The notes beneath the pieces were generated by a model. It did no database searches. It was not told the DNA's origin and saw only the letters and a list, made by a program, of their open reading frames with translations. Positions 10,093 through 18,412 of a stretch of DNA of 32,000 nucleotides are shown piece after piece. How positions within the stretch are numbered: the stretch's first letter is position 1; every line of letters begins with the position of its first letter. A program made the translations under genes and the position numbers. This DNA is from Prochlorococcus marinus subsp. pastoris str. CCMP1986 (GTDB taxonomy: Bacteria > Cyanobacteriota > Cyanobacteriia > PCC-6307 > Cyanobiaceae). Location: the NCBI RefSeq assembly GCF_000011465.1, contig NC_005072.1:180001-212000 (forward strand), read 5' to 3'.

Positions 10093-10824
10093 TTATATTT
10101 TTTCAACAATTTCAACGCTTTTAGTGAAAGAAATAGTTCCCTTTGGATGAGAGATAACACCTGACCATATTTGTCTTGCTGGTTTGGATGATGCTCTAGT
10201 CGTTTTAAAAATGCCTCCAGAGGCTAAAGGCTCAATATTGATTTCTTGTTTTAAATGAGAATCTTCCAGATGCGATATTATTCCTCCAGCTATAATTACA
10301 TCCCCAAGTGGTTCATTTAGAATAATATCAATATCATATTTTGTACCAGTAAGAACTTTCTCAGGAATTCTAAAAATAATATCTATTTTGTTTTGGTCAT
10401 TTCTAATAGTAGTTAATAAATTTTTTATCTTTCCATTTTTTATTTTGTCGTTTTGAATGGAAAACAGATACTTAAAATTAGATTCAAGAAAGTATTTATC
10501 CCCATTAAATATTTTATTTCCATTAACTTTGATATTAAATATTTTTTCTTTAGAGTTTTCTACGCTTAATCTTTTAATTTGCCATGTTGAATTAGGGAAA
10601 TCTTTGATTATTTCCTTAAATTGTTCTTGAATTTTAAAGTTTTCATCTTCTTTAAAAATGTTTTTTATCAATTTTAGGTTTCGAGTATTTAATGCATTTT
10701 CAAGATTTCTTCTTATATCAACGTTTGTATTTTGGGTGATTGCTAATTTTGGGGAAATGAGATAAATAAATATATATATAAATAATCCTAATTTTGGAAA
10801 AAACTTTAAATTGAACATTTTCAT
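10093..10824 (-). CDS. Hypothetical protein with N-terminal signal peptide, probably exported
   Basis: 243-aa ORF in a gap between known genes; N-terminus 'MKMFNLKFFPKLGLFIYIFIYLISPKLAIT' looks like a signal/anchor; no recognised domain. Confidence 0.7.
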   Translation of the reverse strand: MKMFNLKFFPKLGLFIYIFIYLISPKLAITQNTNVDIRRNLENALNTRNLKLIKNIFKEDENFKIQEQFKEIIKDFPNSTWQIKRLSVENSKEKIFNIKVNGNKIFNGDKYFLESNFKYLFSIQNDKIKNGKIKNLLTTIRNDQNKIDIIFRIPEKVLTGTKYDIDIILNEPLGDVIIAGGIISHLEDSHLKQEINIEPLASGGIFKTTRASSKPARQIWSGVISHPKGTISFTKSVEIVEKI

Positions 10825-10851
10825 AATTTTATTTTACTTATTTAATTTTTA

Positions 10852-11946
10852 ATGTCTAAAAAAAGAAATAATTTATTAATAGCGGCAAGTGGAACAGGAG
10901 GTCATATCTTTCCTGCTTTAGCAGTCTCTAAAAAGGTTGAAAAAGATTGGGATATTCATTGGCTAGGAGTTACAAAAAGACTCGATTCTGAATTTGTACC
11001 TAGCAAATATAATCTTTTGACTTTGAATTTGGAGACACCAAAAAAAAATATTTTTAGAGTATTTCAATATCTAAAAATCTTATTTTCAATTTTTAATATT
11101 ATTAAAATCCTAAAAGAAAAAAAAATTAATTTAGTATTTACTACTGGTGGATATATTTCAGCACCGACAATTCTTGCAGCAAAGTGGCTTAAAATACCTG
11201 TTATCCTCCATGAATCAAATTTAATACCGGGCACAGTTACAAAATATTTTGGTTTTCTATGTGAATTTGTTCTTCTGGGTTTTAAAGATACAAATTATTA
11301 TTTAAAAAATTGCAAAACAATTTTCACTGGTACTCCTCTTAGGGATCAGTTTTATGAAATTAATCCTTTACCAAAATGGGTTCCAAGAGGAAAGGGTCCT
11401 CTTTTGATTGTTATGGGAGGAAGTCAAGGTGCAAAGATGATTAATGAAATTTTTTATGAATCTATTGATTTTTTAATAAAACAAAATTTTCGTATAGTTC
11501 ATATTATTGGTGAAAATAATTCTAATAATTTGGTAAAATTCAAATCTAATAATTATGTTCAAAAGAAATTTACTAATCAAATTGCATCTTTGATGCAAAA
11601 CTGTGAACTCGTTATATCAAGATCTGGAGCAGGAACAATAAATGAACTCATACAAACTGGAAAACCATCAATTTTAATTCCATACCCTAATTCAAAAAAT
11701 AATCACCAAGAAAAAAATGCAATGATTCTTTCCTCAATAGGGGGTGCAATTTTAATGAATCAAAATCAAATATCAAAGTTATTTTTTGAAGAGACTTTGA
11801 AAAGGATTTTAAAATTTAAATTAAAAAAAGGAAAACCCAAATATGAAATTTTAGATTTAATGAAAGAAAATATAAAAAATCTTGATACCTTAAAATCTAC
11901 AAATGAGATTAAAAAATTAATAAACTATTTTTTAAAAGAATTTTGA
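10852..11946 (+). CDS. murG: UDP-N-acetylglucosamine--N-acetylmuramyl-(pentapeptide) pyrophosphoryl-undecaprenol N-acetylglucosamine transferase
   Basis: 364 aa; 'AASGTGGHIFPALAV', 'GGSQGAKMINE', 'LVISRSGAGTINELIQTGKPSILIPYP'. Confidence 0.95.
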   Translation: MSKKRNNLLIAASGTGGHIFPALAVSKKVEKDWDIHWLGVTKRLDSEFVPSKYNLLTLNLETPKKNIFRVFQYLKILFSIFNIIKILKEKKINLVFTTGGYISAPTILAAKWLKIPVILHESNLIPGTVTKYFGFLCEFVLLGFKDTNYYLKNCKTIFTGTPLRDQFYEINPLPKWVPRGKGPLLIVMGGSQGAKMINEIFYESIDFLIKQNFRIVHIIGENNSNNLVKFKSNNYVQKKFTNQIASLMQNCELVISRSGAGTINELIQTGKPSILIPYPNSKNNHQEKNAMILSSIGGAILMNQNQISKLFFEETLKRILKFKLKKGKPKYEILDLMKENIKNLDTLKSTNEIKKLINYFLKEF

Positions 11947-13049
11947 ATTTCTCTACATAAAATTTTATTATTTTTTCTAGTCTGTAAACTTATTCTTGCC
12001 CATTTTTCATTAAGAAATCTAAATGAGTTGCATTCTCTAATTAATATCCCTTTTTTTTCTAAATAATGAATATTTGAAGACAAGGAGAATTTACTTTCTA
12101 TTAAAAAAAAGTTAGTTGAAGAGTTATGTACTTTAAGATTTTTTATTTTCGATAATTCATTAGAAACCCAATTTTTCTCAGTATTTACCCAGTTATGAAT
12201 CATTGATGTCCATTCCTCATAAAGAATTTTATTACTTAATAGTTCTATTCCAGCTTTTATAGCAAATGAATTTAATGGCCAAGGGTCTCTTTTTATATTC
12301 CATTTCTTAAGTTTTTCAGATGAGCCAATAATATAACCTAATCTTAAACCTGCAATATTAAAGAGTTTGGTCAAACTCCTAATAACTAATAAATTATCAT
12401 ATTTTTTAGTGAGTGGAATTAAAGATTCTTTCTCACCATTAGGTGTGATGGCTAAGAAAGCTTCATCACAAATAACTAGTTTATATTTTTTTAGAATAAT
12501 TTCTAAAGATTTTTTATCCCATAATTGACCCGTAGGGTTATGTGGGTTGGTTATCCAAAGAACATCACAAATTGGTTTAATTGGAAAGGTTTGGGGAAAA
12601 CTATTGCTCCAATTTTTTGGTAATTCTGAATAATCGAAGCTAGCGTTCCAGCAATTTAGTGATCTTTCATAATCTACGAAGCCTGGACTTGGTATACAAC
12701 TTGCTCCAGATTTGGAAGCTTCATAACCTGCCCAAGTTATTAATTCAGAAGCCCCATTCCCTGGCAATATATTATCAGGATTTATTTGATGAAATTCTCC
12801 AATGATTTCTCTCAAACTATTTAGATTTCTTTCAGGATAATATCGAAATCCTAGAGTTTTAATTTCTGAAATTAAAACATCTAATATCAGCTTGGGGGGT
12901 TCAAAAGGGACTAGTGAAGCACTTGAATCAATTATTTTAGATGGTAATAAATTTAATTTTTTTGCTTGAGTTAATATATTTCCTCCATGCTTGAAGTTTA
13001 TTTCTTTTATACCTTTATTATTCAAATTATTAGTATTGAATTTATCCAT
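11925..13049 (-). CDS. Class I/II PLP-dependent aminotransferase, threonine-phosphate decarboxylase (CobD)/HisC-like
   Basis: 374 aa; 'NPHNPTGQLW', 'VICDEAFL', PLP-lysine motif 'RSLTKLFNIAGLRLGY', 'RISLQT'. Substrate not resolvable from motifs. Confidence 0.8.
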   Translation of the reverse strand: MDKFNTNNLNNKGIKEINFKHGGNILTQAKKLNLLPSKIIDSSASLVPFEPPKLILDVLISEIKTLGFRYYPERNLNSLREIIGEFHQINPDNILPGNGASELITWAGYEASKSGASCIPSPGFVDYERSLNCWNASFDYSELPKNWSNSFPQTFPIKPICDVLWITNPHNPTGQLWDKKSLEIILKKYKLVICDEAFLAITPNGEKESLIPLTKKYDNLLVIRSLTKLFNIAGLRLGYIIGSSEKLKKWNIKRDPWPLNSFAIKAGIELLSNKILYEEWTSMIHNWVNTEKNWVSNELSKIKNLKVHNSSTNFFLIESKFSLSSNIHYLEKKGILIRECNSFRFLNEKWARISLQTRKNNKILCREIQNSFKK

Positions 13050-13064
13050 AAATTATCTTAGGTT

Positions 13065-14234
13065 TTATTCAATCCATTCTAAGTTTGATCCAATAGCCTC
13101 TCTCACATTTGATAATTGGTGAATGTTAATTTGTTTTAGGATCCCGTTAAGAATATTTGGGACTAATTGTGGCCCCTTATAGATCCATCCAGTATATATT
13201 TGTACTAAAGATGCTCCAGAGCAAATTCTTTCCCAAGCAGATTCTGGACTATCAATTCCACCTACTCCAATTAAATTAATATTATTATCAATATTGTGAA
13301 TATGTCTAATTATTTTATTTGCTTTTCGTTGAAGTGGCTTGCCACTTAATCCTCCATTTTCCTCAGAAAGTAATAGCCCTGTTTGCTTTATCTTTCTTTG
13401 TTCAAAACCTAATCTATCTAGACTAGTATTTGTAGCAATTATTCCATCAATATTCTCATCAATTATTAATTGGCATATATCTTCGATATCTTTATAACTT
13501 AAATCTGGTGCGATTTTCACAAATAAAGGAGGACAATTATCTAAATTTTTGACTTCTCTAAGTAGTTCTTTAAGAAGAATTGGATCTTGTAACTTTCTCA
13601 GTCCTTCAGTATTAGGTGAACTTACATTTATAACTGCGTAATCACAATAAGGAATCAAAAGTTTTAAAGAAGTTAAATAATCTTCTGTAGCTTTGGATAA
13701 GCTTGTAATTTTAGATTTCCCAAAATTTATGCCCAAACAATTATTTTTTCTATGTTTTTTTAAATCAACATTTTGCTTTAAAAAGTTTTTAACAAGATTT
13801 TCTGCACCATGATTATTAAATCCCATTCTATTTAATGCTGCTTGCTCCTTAGCTAATCTAAATAATCTTGGTTTAGGATTACCAGATTGAGCAAATTTAG
13901 TAACTGTACCAATTTCAGCAAAACCAAATCCAAATTCCTTCCAAATATTTGCAGCATTTCCATTCTTATCAAAGCCTGCTGCTAAACCTACTGGATTACA
14001 AAAATCTATCCCACATATTTTTTGATGTAATCTTTTATCAACAACACAAAATTCTTGATTTAAACTCTTTATTATTCTTGAAATTAAGGGCCAATCTCTA
14101 TTATTTGAACTAAAAGTGAGAAGACTTAAGGAGAAATTTGTAAGGTACTCTGCATCTATTCCTGTATCTTTTTTAAGGATAGGAGTTACCAAGTTCTTAT
14201 AAATATTATTAAATATCCCTTTCTGATCAATCAT
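13065..14234 (-). CDS. pyrD: Dihydroorotate dehydrogenase (quinone), class 2
   Basis: 389 aa; 'NPVGLAAGFDKNG', 'YAVINVSSPNTEGLR', 'DGIIATNTS', 'GGLSGKPL', 'IGVGGIDSPESA'. Confidence 0.95.
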   Translation of the reverse strand: MIDQKGIFNNIYKNLVTPILKKDTGIDAEYLTNFSLSLLTFSSNNRDWPLISRIIKSLNQEFCVVDKRLHQKICGIDFCNPVGLAAGFDKNGNAANIWKEFGFGFAEIGTVTKFAQSGNPKPRLFRLAKEQAALNRMGFNNHGAENLVKNFLKQNVDLKKHRKNNCLGINFGKSKITSLSKATEDYLTSLKLLIPYCDYAVINVSSPNTEGLRKLQDPILLKELLREVKNLDNCPPLFVKIAPDLSYKDIEDICQLIIDENIDGIIATNTSLDRLGFEQRKIKQTGLLLSEENGGLSGKPLQRKANKIIRHIHNIDNNINLIGVGGIDSPESAWERICSGASLVQIYTGWIYKGPQLVPNILNGILKQINIHQLSNVREAIGSNLEWIE

Positions 14235-14248
14235 AAAAATATTAAAGA

Positions 14249-14971
14249 TTAAGTATTAATATTCTCTATTATCCAATATTTTTGATTTTTAGGAATTAAT
14301 CTCCAATTACGCCATTCAAACAATTCATATTTTTCAACGAGTATATAACTTTCTTCTCCAAGTAATTCATTCAATTCACTAGAATTTAAAAAATATTTTT
14401 TTTGGGCAAATTGTTCAAGTAATTCATTTTTGGAGAATAATTTTTGAATTTTATTAGTTTCTTTTTTCTTTGAAAAGTCGATTGCTTCAAATGATTTTTT
14501 AACTTCACCAACTAAAGGTATTCCTTTGCTATAGCTTGTGGCAATTAAATCAACTCTCTCATTCTGTTTATCCCCACTATGACCTTTGACAAATTCCATC
14601 ACTAGGCCTTTTATTCTTAAATTATCTATTTTTTGCCATAAATCCAAATTTTGAACAGATTTACCTGCGCTTGTTTTCCATCCATTTCTCTTCCAATTGA
14701 TGATCCATTTTGTATAGCCTTCAATTACATATTTACTATCTGTTCTTAATTTAAAGTTTTCTTTTAATTGAAAATCTTTTAACTTTTCGAGAGTTTTGAT
14801 AGCTGCAGTGAGTTCCATCCTATTGTTAGTGGTATTTTCTTCTGAACCACCTATTTCTAGTTCACTATTATCATTAAAAATTATTAGTCCTCCCCACCCA
14901 CCAGGACCTGGGTTTCCACTGCAAGCACCATCTGTTGCAGCTTCAATTGCAATATTTTGTTGACTATTCAT
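14249..14971 (-). CDS. rnhA: Ribonuclease HI with extra C-terminal region
   Basis: 240 aa; RNase HI core 'ATDGACSGNPGPGGWGG', 'NRMELTAAI', 'LRTDSKYVIEG', 'VKGHSGDKQNERVDLIA'. Confidence 0.92.
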   Translation of the reverse strand: MNSQQNIAIEAATDGACSGNPGPGGWGGLIIFNDNSELEIGGSEENTTNNRMELTAAIKTLEKLKDFQLKENFKLRTDSKYVIEGYTKWIINWKRNGWKTSAGKSVQNLDLWQKIDNLRIKGLVMEFVKGHSGDKQNERVDLIATSYSKGIPLVGEVKKSFEAIDFSKKKETNKIQKLFSKNELLEQFAQKKYFLNSSELNELLGEESYILVEKYELFEWRNWRLIPKNQKYWIIENINT

Positions 14972-14979
14972 AATTTTAA

Positions 14980-15002
14980 AGCCGATATTAGGTATATCGG
15001 CT
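14980..15002 (-). terminator. Perfect 8-bp inverted repeat (AGCCGATA-n7-TATCGGCT) between rplL and rnhA; possible weak terminator, RNA processing site or RBS-proximal hairpin
   Basis: Arms 14980-14987 and 14995-15002 are exact reverse complements, 7-nt loop. On the minus strand it is followed by TTTAAAATTATG, where ATG is the rnhA start. Confidence 0.5.
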
Positions 15003-15016
15003 AGAAAAATTTTTCT

Positions 15017-15412
15017 CTATTTTAGTGTAACTTTACCGCCAGCTTCTTCAATCTCTTTCTTTAAAGTTTCAGCATCTGCTTTCGCAATACCTTCTTTAAC
15101 TGTCTTTGGTGCTGATTCAACAAGTGCTTTTGCATCACCAAGACCAAGACCAGTAGCATTTCTTACAACTTTAAGGACTTTGATTTTAGCCGCTGCATCG
15201 AAGCTTTCTAGAATTACGTCGAATTCAGTTTTCTCTTCAGCTGCTCCGCCGTCTCCATCTCCACCGCCAGCTCCTGGAGCTGCCATTACTACACCAGCTG
15301 ATGCAGCTGCAGAGACACCAAATGCCTCTTCAATTTGTTTAACAAGTTCAGATGCCTCTAAAAGTGAGAGGGATTTTAATGAATCGAGAATTTCTTCAGT
15401 TTTTGCAGTCAT
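15017..15412 (-). CDS. rplL: 50S ribosomal protein L7/L12
   Basis: 131 aa; alanine/glycine-rich hinge and '[49 protein letters not shown]'. Confidence 0.98.
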   Translation of the reverse strand: MTAKTEEILDSLKSLSLLEASELVKQIEEAFGVSAAASAGVVMAAPGAGGGDGDGGAAEEKTEFDVILESFDAAAKIKVLKVVRNATGLGLGDAKALVESAPKTVKEGIAKADAETLKKEIEEAGGKVTLK

Positions 15413-15440
15413 TTTCTTAAAAGATAATTAATTTTGAAGT

Positions 15441-15968
15441 TTAAGATTCTGATTTTTCAGAATGTTGTTTAAGTGATCTAGCAATTCCAGAAGGTACTTC
15501 ATTGATAGAAATAGCAATTTTTGTAGCAACACCATTTAATGCGCCGGCAATTTTTGCCATTAATACCTCTCTTGAAGGTAGACTTGCGATCTCTTTTATT
15601 TCAGATTCGCTGAGAAGTCTCCCCTCGAATAAAGCTCCTTTGGTTTCGGATTTTTTTGTCTCTTTCTGAAAAGATTGAATTGCTTTTACAGCGCCTCCAA
15701 CATCTTCTTTGATTAAAACAAAAGCATTAGTCCCTGTTAGTAAGGATTCAAGATCAGTCCAGTTACTATTGCCATCAATTGCTTTACGCATTAATGAGTT
15801 TTTAGTAACTTTGCAAATGCCATTATTTGTTTGCAATCTTGATCGCAAATCAGACATCTCCTTGATAGTTAAACCTTTATAGTCAAGAACTACAGCCATT
15901 TCCGAATCATCTAACAGAGATTTTATTTCTGTGACAATTTTTTGCTTATTCTCTATTGTTCGGCCCAT
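15441..15968 (-). CDS. rplJ: 50S ribosomal protein L10
   Basis: '[42 protein letters not shown]' is a typical L10 N-terminus. The ORF track start (16013) adds 15 residues that look non-native, so the start is placed at 15968. Confidence 0.93.
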   Translation of the reverse strand: MGRTIENKQKIVTEIKSLLDDSEMAVVLDYKGLTIKEMSDLRSRLQTNNGICKVTKNSLMRKAIDGNSNWTDLESLLTGTNAFVLIKEDVGGAVKAIQSFQKETKKSETKGALFEGRLLSESEIKEIASLPSREVLMAKIAGALNGVATKIAISINEVPSGIARSLKQHSEKSES

Positions 15969-15973
15969 TGTTG

Positions 15974-16054
15974 TTTTTGGATCGTAATTTAGGAAGAGCA
16001 GGAAATGCGGCAAAGTCCATTTATGAAAGAGGCCGCACTTATTAGATCCAAAAA
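15974..16054 (-). promoter_or_regulatory. Putative L10 (rplJ) autoregulatory leader: nested hairpin in the 5' UTR/intergenic RNA of rplJL
   Basis: Outer 10-bp perfect stem TTTTTGGATC (15974-15983) / GATCCAAAAA (16045-16054); inner 6-bp stem TGCGGC (16006-16011) / GCCGCA (16032-16037); ends 5 nt before the rplJ ATG. Confidence 0.6.
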
Positions 16055-16160
16055 GAAAATAATTAAGACGAAACCTCGGGAGGATTTAAAGATTTAGCCG
16101 AAACTAAATTAACCTACTTTCTTTGGCCGTATTATTGCTTTAAAATTATACTACAGAGCG

Positions 16161-16868
16161 TTAACTTTCAGGCTGATAATCTTGCAAGGCATTTATATCG
16201 ACTTGAACTGAAGGTCCCATAGTTGAAGTTAGATAAAAACTTCTCCAATACTTACCCTTCGCACCACTAGGCTTATTTTTATCAATAGATTCTTGTAATG
16301 TCTTTAAGTTTTCAAATAAGGCATTTTCGGTAAAACTAGCTTTCCCAAAGCGAACATGCACAATGCCAGCTTTATCTGCTCTAAATTCTAGTTTGCCTGC
16401 TTTAAATTCTTTTATTGCACTAGCTATATCACCAGTTACAGTACCCGCTTTAGGATTTGGCATTAACCCCCTTGGACCTAAAACTCTTCCAAGTTTTGCT
16501 ACTTTTGGCATCATATCAGGAGTCGCAATAAGCAAATCAAAATCCATATTGCCTTTATTAATGCTTTCTACAAGATCCTCTTCTCCAAAAAGATCTGCAC
16601 CTGCAGATTTGGCTTTTGCTACATTTTCACCACTTGTTATAACAGCAATTTTAATACTTTGGCCAGTTCCATTGGGTAGAGCTACTGTTGTTCTTAATTG
16701 TTGATCTGTATATTTAGGATCAATTCCTAACCGAATATGGGCTTCAATAGTCTCATCAAATTTAGCGTTTGCATTTTCCTTGACAATACCTAAGGCTTCA
16801 AGGGGAGCATACGTGCGATCTTCTATCTTTGTTGATAGAGCCTTCATTCTTTTGGATAGTTTTTTCAT
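16161..16868 (-). CDS. rplA: 50S ribosomal protein L1
   Basis: 235 aa; '[15 protein letters not shown]'-type motif ('[22 protein letters not shown]'), '[10 protein letters not shown]'. Confidence 0.98.
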   Translation of the reverse strand: MKKLSKRMKALSTKIEDRTYAPLEALGIVKENANAKFDETIEAHIRLGIDPKYTDQQLRTTVALPNGTGQSIKIAVITSGENVAKAKSAGADLFGEEDLVESINKGNMDFDLLIATPDMMPKVAKLGRVLGPRGLMPNPKAGTVTGDIASAIKEFKAGKLEFRADKAGIVHVRFGKASFTENALFENLKTLQESIDKNKPSGAKGKYWRSFYLTSTMGPSVQVDINALQDYQPES

Positions 16869-16934
16869 AATATATTTGGGTTCAAACGGTTAAATAATTA
16901 ACCTCCCCTAAAAGGTGAATGTTTGGTATTGAAT

Positions 16935-17360
16935 TTATTCTGTAATAGAAACACCCATGTTTCGAGCAGTTCCTTCAATTACCTTCATAGCTGATTCAAT
17001 ACTCGTACAGTTTAAATCAGGAAGCTTTGTTTTGGCTATCTCCTCTAATTGAGATTTACTTATATTGCCAACAGATCCTTTGGATGACTCACCAGCTCCT
17101 TTTTCTATTCCAGCGGCTTTAGTTATTAAGACTGAAGCAGGTGGAGTTTTGGTTATAAAGGTAAAGCTCCTATCTTCAAAAACTGAAATTTCAACAGGTA
17201 TAACAAAACCGGCTTTATCTTGTGTTCTTGCATTATATTCTTTGCAAAATGCCATGATATTTACACCGTGTTGACCTAAAGCTGGACCCACTGGTGGGGC
17301 TGGATTTGCTTTGCCAGCTTGAAGTGCTAGCTTGATAACCGCAACAATTTTTTTTGCCAT
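16935..17360 (-). CDS. rplK: 50S ribosomal protein L11
   Basis: 141 aa; '[37 protein letters not shown]', '[10 protein letters not shown]'. Confidence 0.98.
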   Translation of the reverse strand: MAKKIVAVIKLALQAGKANPAPPVGPALGQHGVNIMAFCKEYNARTQDKAGFVIPVEISVFEDRSFTFITKTPPASVLITKAAGIEKGAGESSKGSVGNISKSQLEEIAKTKLPDLNCTSIESAMKVIEGTARNMGVSITE

Positions 17361-17423
17361 TAGATTCTTGAATTTAAACTGAGGTTAAAAATGATTAATT
17401 TACTCGATAAACAGAAATAATAA

Positions 17424-18035
17424 TTAATTTTGTTTATTGATTTGGGAGAATTCTAATTCTACAGGAGTTTCGCGCCCAAATATTGAAAGTAATGCTTTTA
17501 ATTTATTTCTTTCACCCGAAACTTCTATAACTTCACCCTGGAAATCTTTAAAAGGTCCACTTGTGACGATAATTCTATCTTTTTCCTCAAGATCTAATTT
17601 TATTACAGCTTTCTTCTCCGAGGCGCGCTTAAATATTCTATTTACCTCTTGCCTGGATAAGGGTCGAGGTTTAATATGTCCTCGTGATCTACCGCTGCCT
17701 CTTCCATCTTCCGCTCCAACAAAATTAATAACATTGGGAGTACTTTTTACAGCCATCATTGTATCTTCATCCAGAATCATCCTAACCAATACGTAACCAG
17801 GGAAAACTTTTTCTTCTGTAGTTTGTCTAGAACCATCTTTCTTAAGTTTAATACCTGGAGTTTGAGGAATTTCAATCTCTATAATTCTATTATTAACACC
17901 TAGAGTTACCGACCTTTGTTCGAGAGTGGCTTTTACTTTCTTTTCACAGCTTGATGCAACTTGAACTGCATACCATCTAGCAATACTAGTATTAGCCTTT
18001 TGAGAACTAAGGTTTGTTGTCAATTCATTACTCAT
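17424..18035 (-). CDS. nusG: Transcription termination/antitermination protein NusG
   Basis: 203 aa; 'WYAVQVASSCEKKVKATL', 'FPGYVLVRM', KOW-like 'IVTSGPFKDFQGEV'. Confidence 0.96.
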   Translation of the reverse strand: MSNELTTNLSSQKANTSIARWYAVQVASSCEKKVKATLEQRSVTLGVNNRIIEIEIPQTPGIKLKKDGSRQTTEEKVFPGYVLVRMILDEDTMMAVKSTPNVINFVGAEDGRGSGRSRGHIKPRPLSRQEVNRIFKRASEKKAVIKLDLEEKDRIIVTSGPFKDFQGEVIEVSGERNKLKALLSIFGRETPVELEFSQINKQN

Positions 18036-18109
18036 TTTTCTTTCTTTGGAAACTGGATAAATGATTTTTTAAAATTATAGGATAGAGTCTATATTTAAAA
18101 ATTTTTAAT

Positions 18110-18349
18110 TTAACGGAAAATTTGTGATGCAGCCCATCCATAAAATCTACTTACAGATGCAATTGCCGCAGCAGAAAAGGATACCATAATGATAACAGCA
18201 ATAGATTCGCTAAATAACTGTTGTTTGTTAGGCCACACAACTAGTTTGAGTTCATCGAATGTAGAAGTTAAAAAATTCTTCTTTTTCTTCGGCTCTTTTA
18301 TTTCAGAAGGCTCTTTTTTAAGAGGTTCTTGATTAGTAGGACTTGTCAC
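18110..18349 (-). CDS. secE: Preprotein translocase subunit SecE
   Basis: 79 aa; 'FDELKLVVWPNKQQLFSESIAVIIMVS' SecE motif plus one transmembrane segment, directly upstream of nusG. Confidence 0.93.
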   Translation of the reverse strand: MTSPTNQEPLKKEPSEIKEPKKKKNFLTSTFDELKLVVWPNKQQLFSESIAVIIMVSFSAAAIASVSRFYGWAASQIFR

Positions 18350-18412
18350 AAAATTTTAATTTAGTTTAAGCTTAAAAAAACTTAAAATTATATTAGCTCA
18401 TCGTTTTACTCA

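Noticed and set aside
16861-16934. 'GGGTTCAAACGG' between rplA and rplK, resembling a tRNA T-arm
   Set aside because: No matching acceptor, D or anticodon stems around it, and the gap is only 66 bp between cotranscribed ribosomal genes.
18362-18380. TTTAAGCTTAAA palindrome between clpB2 and secE
   Set aside because: A short AT-rich palindrome is expected by chance in this composition and has no loop or adjacent U-tract supporting a terminator.
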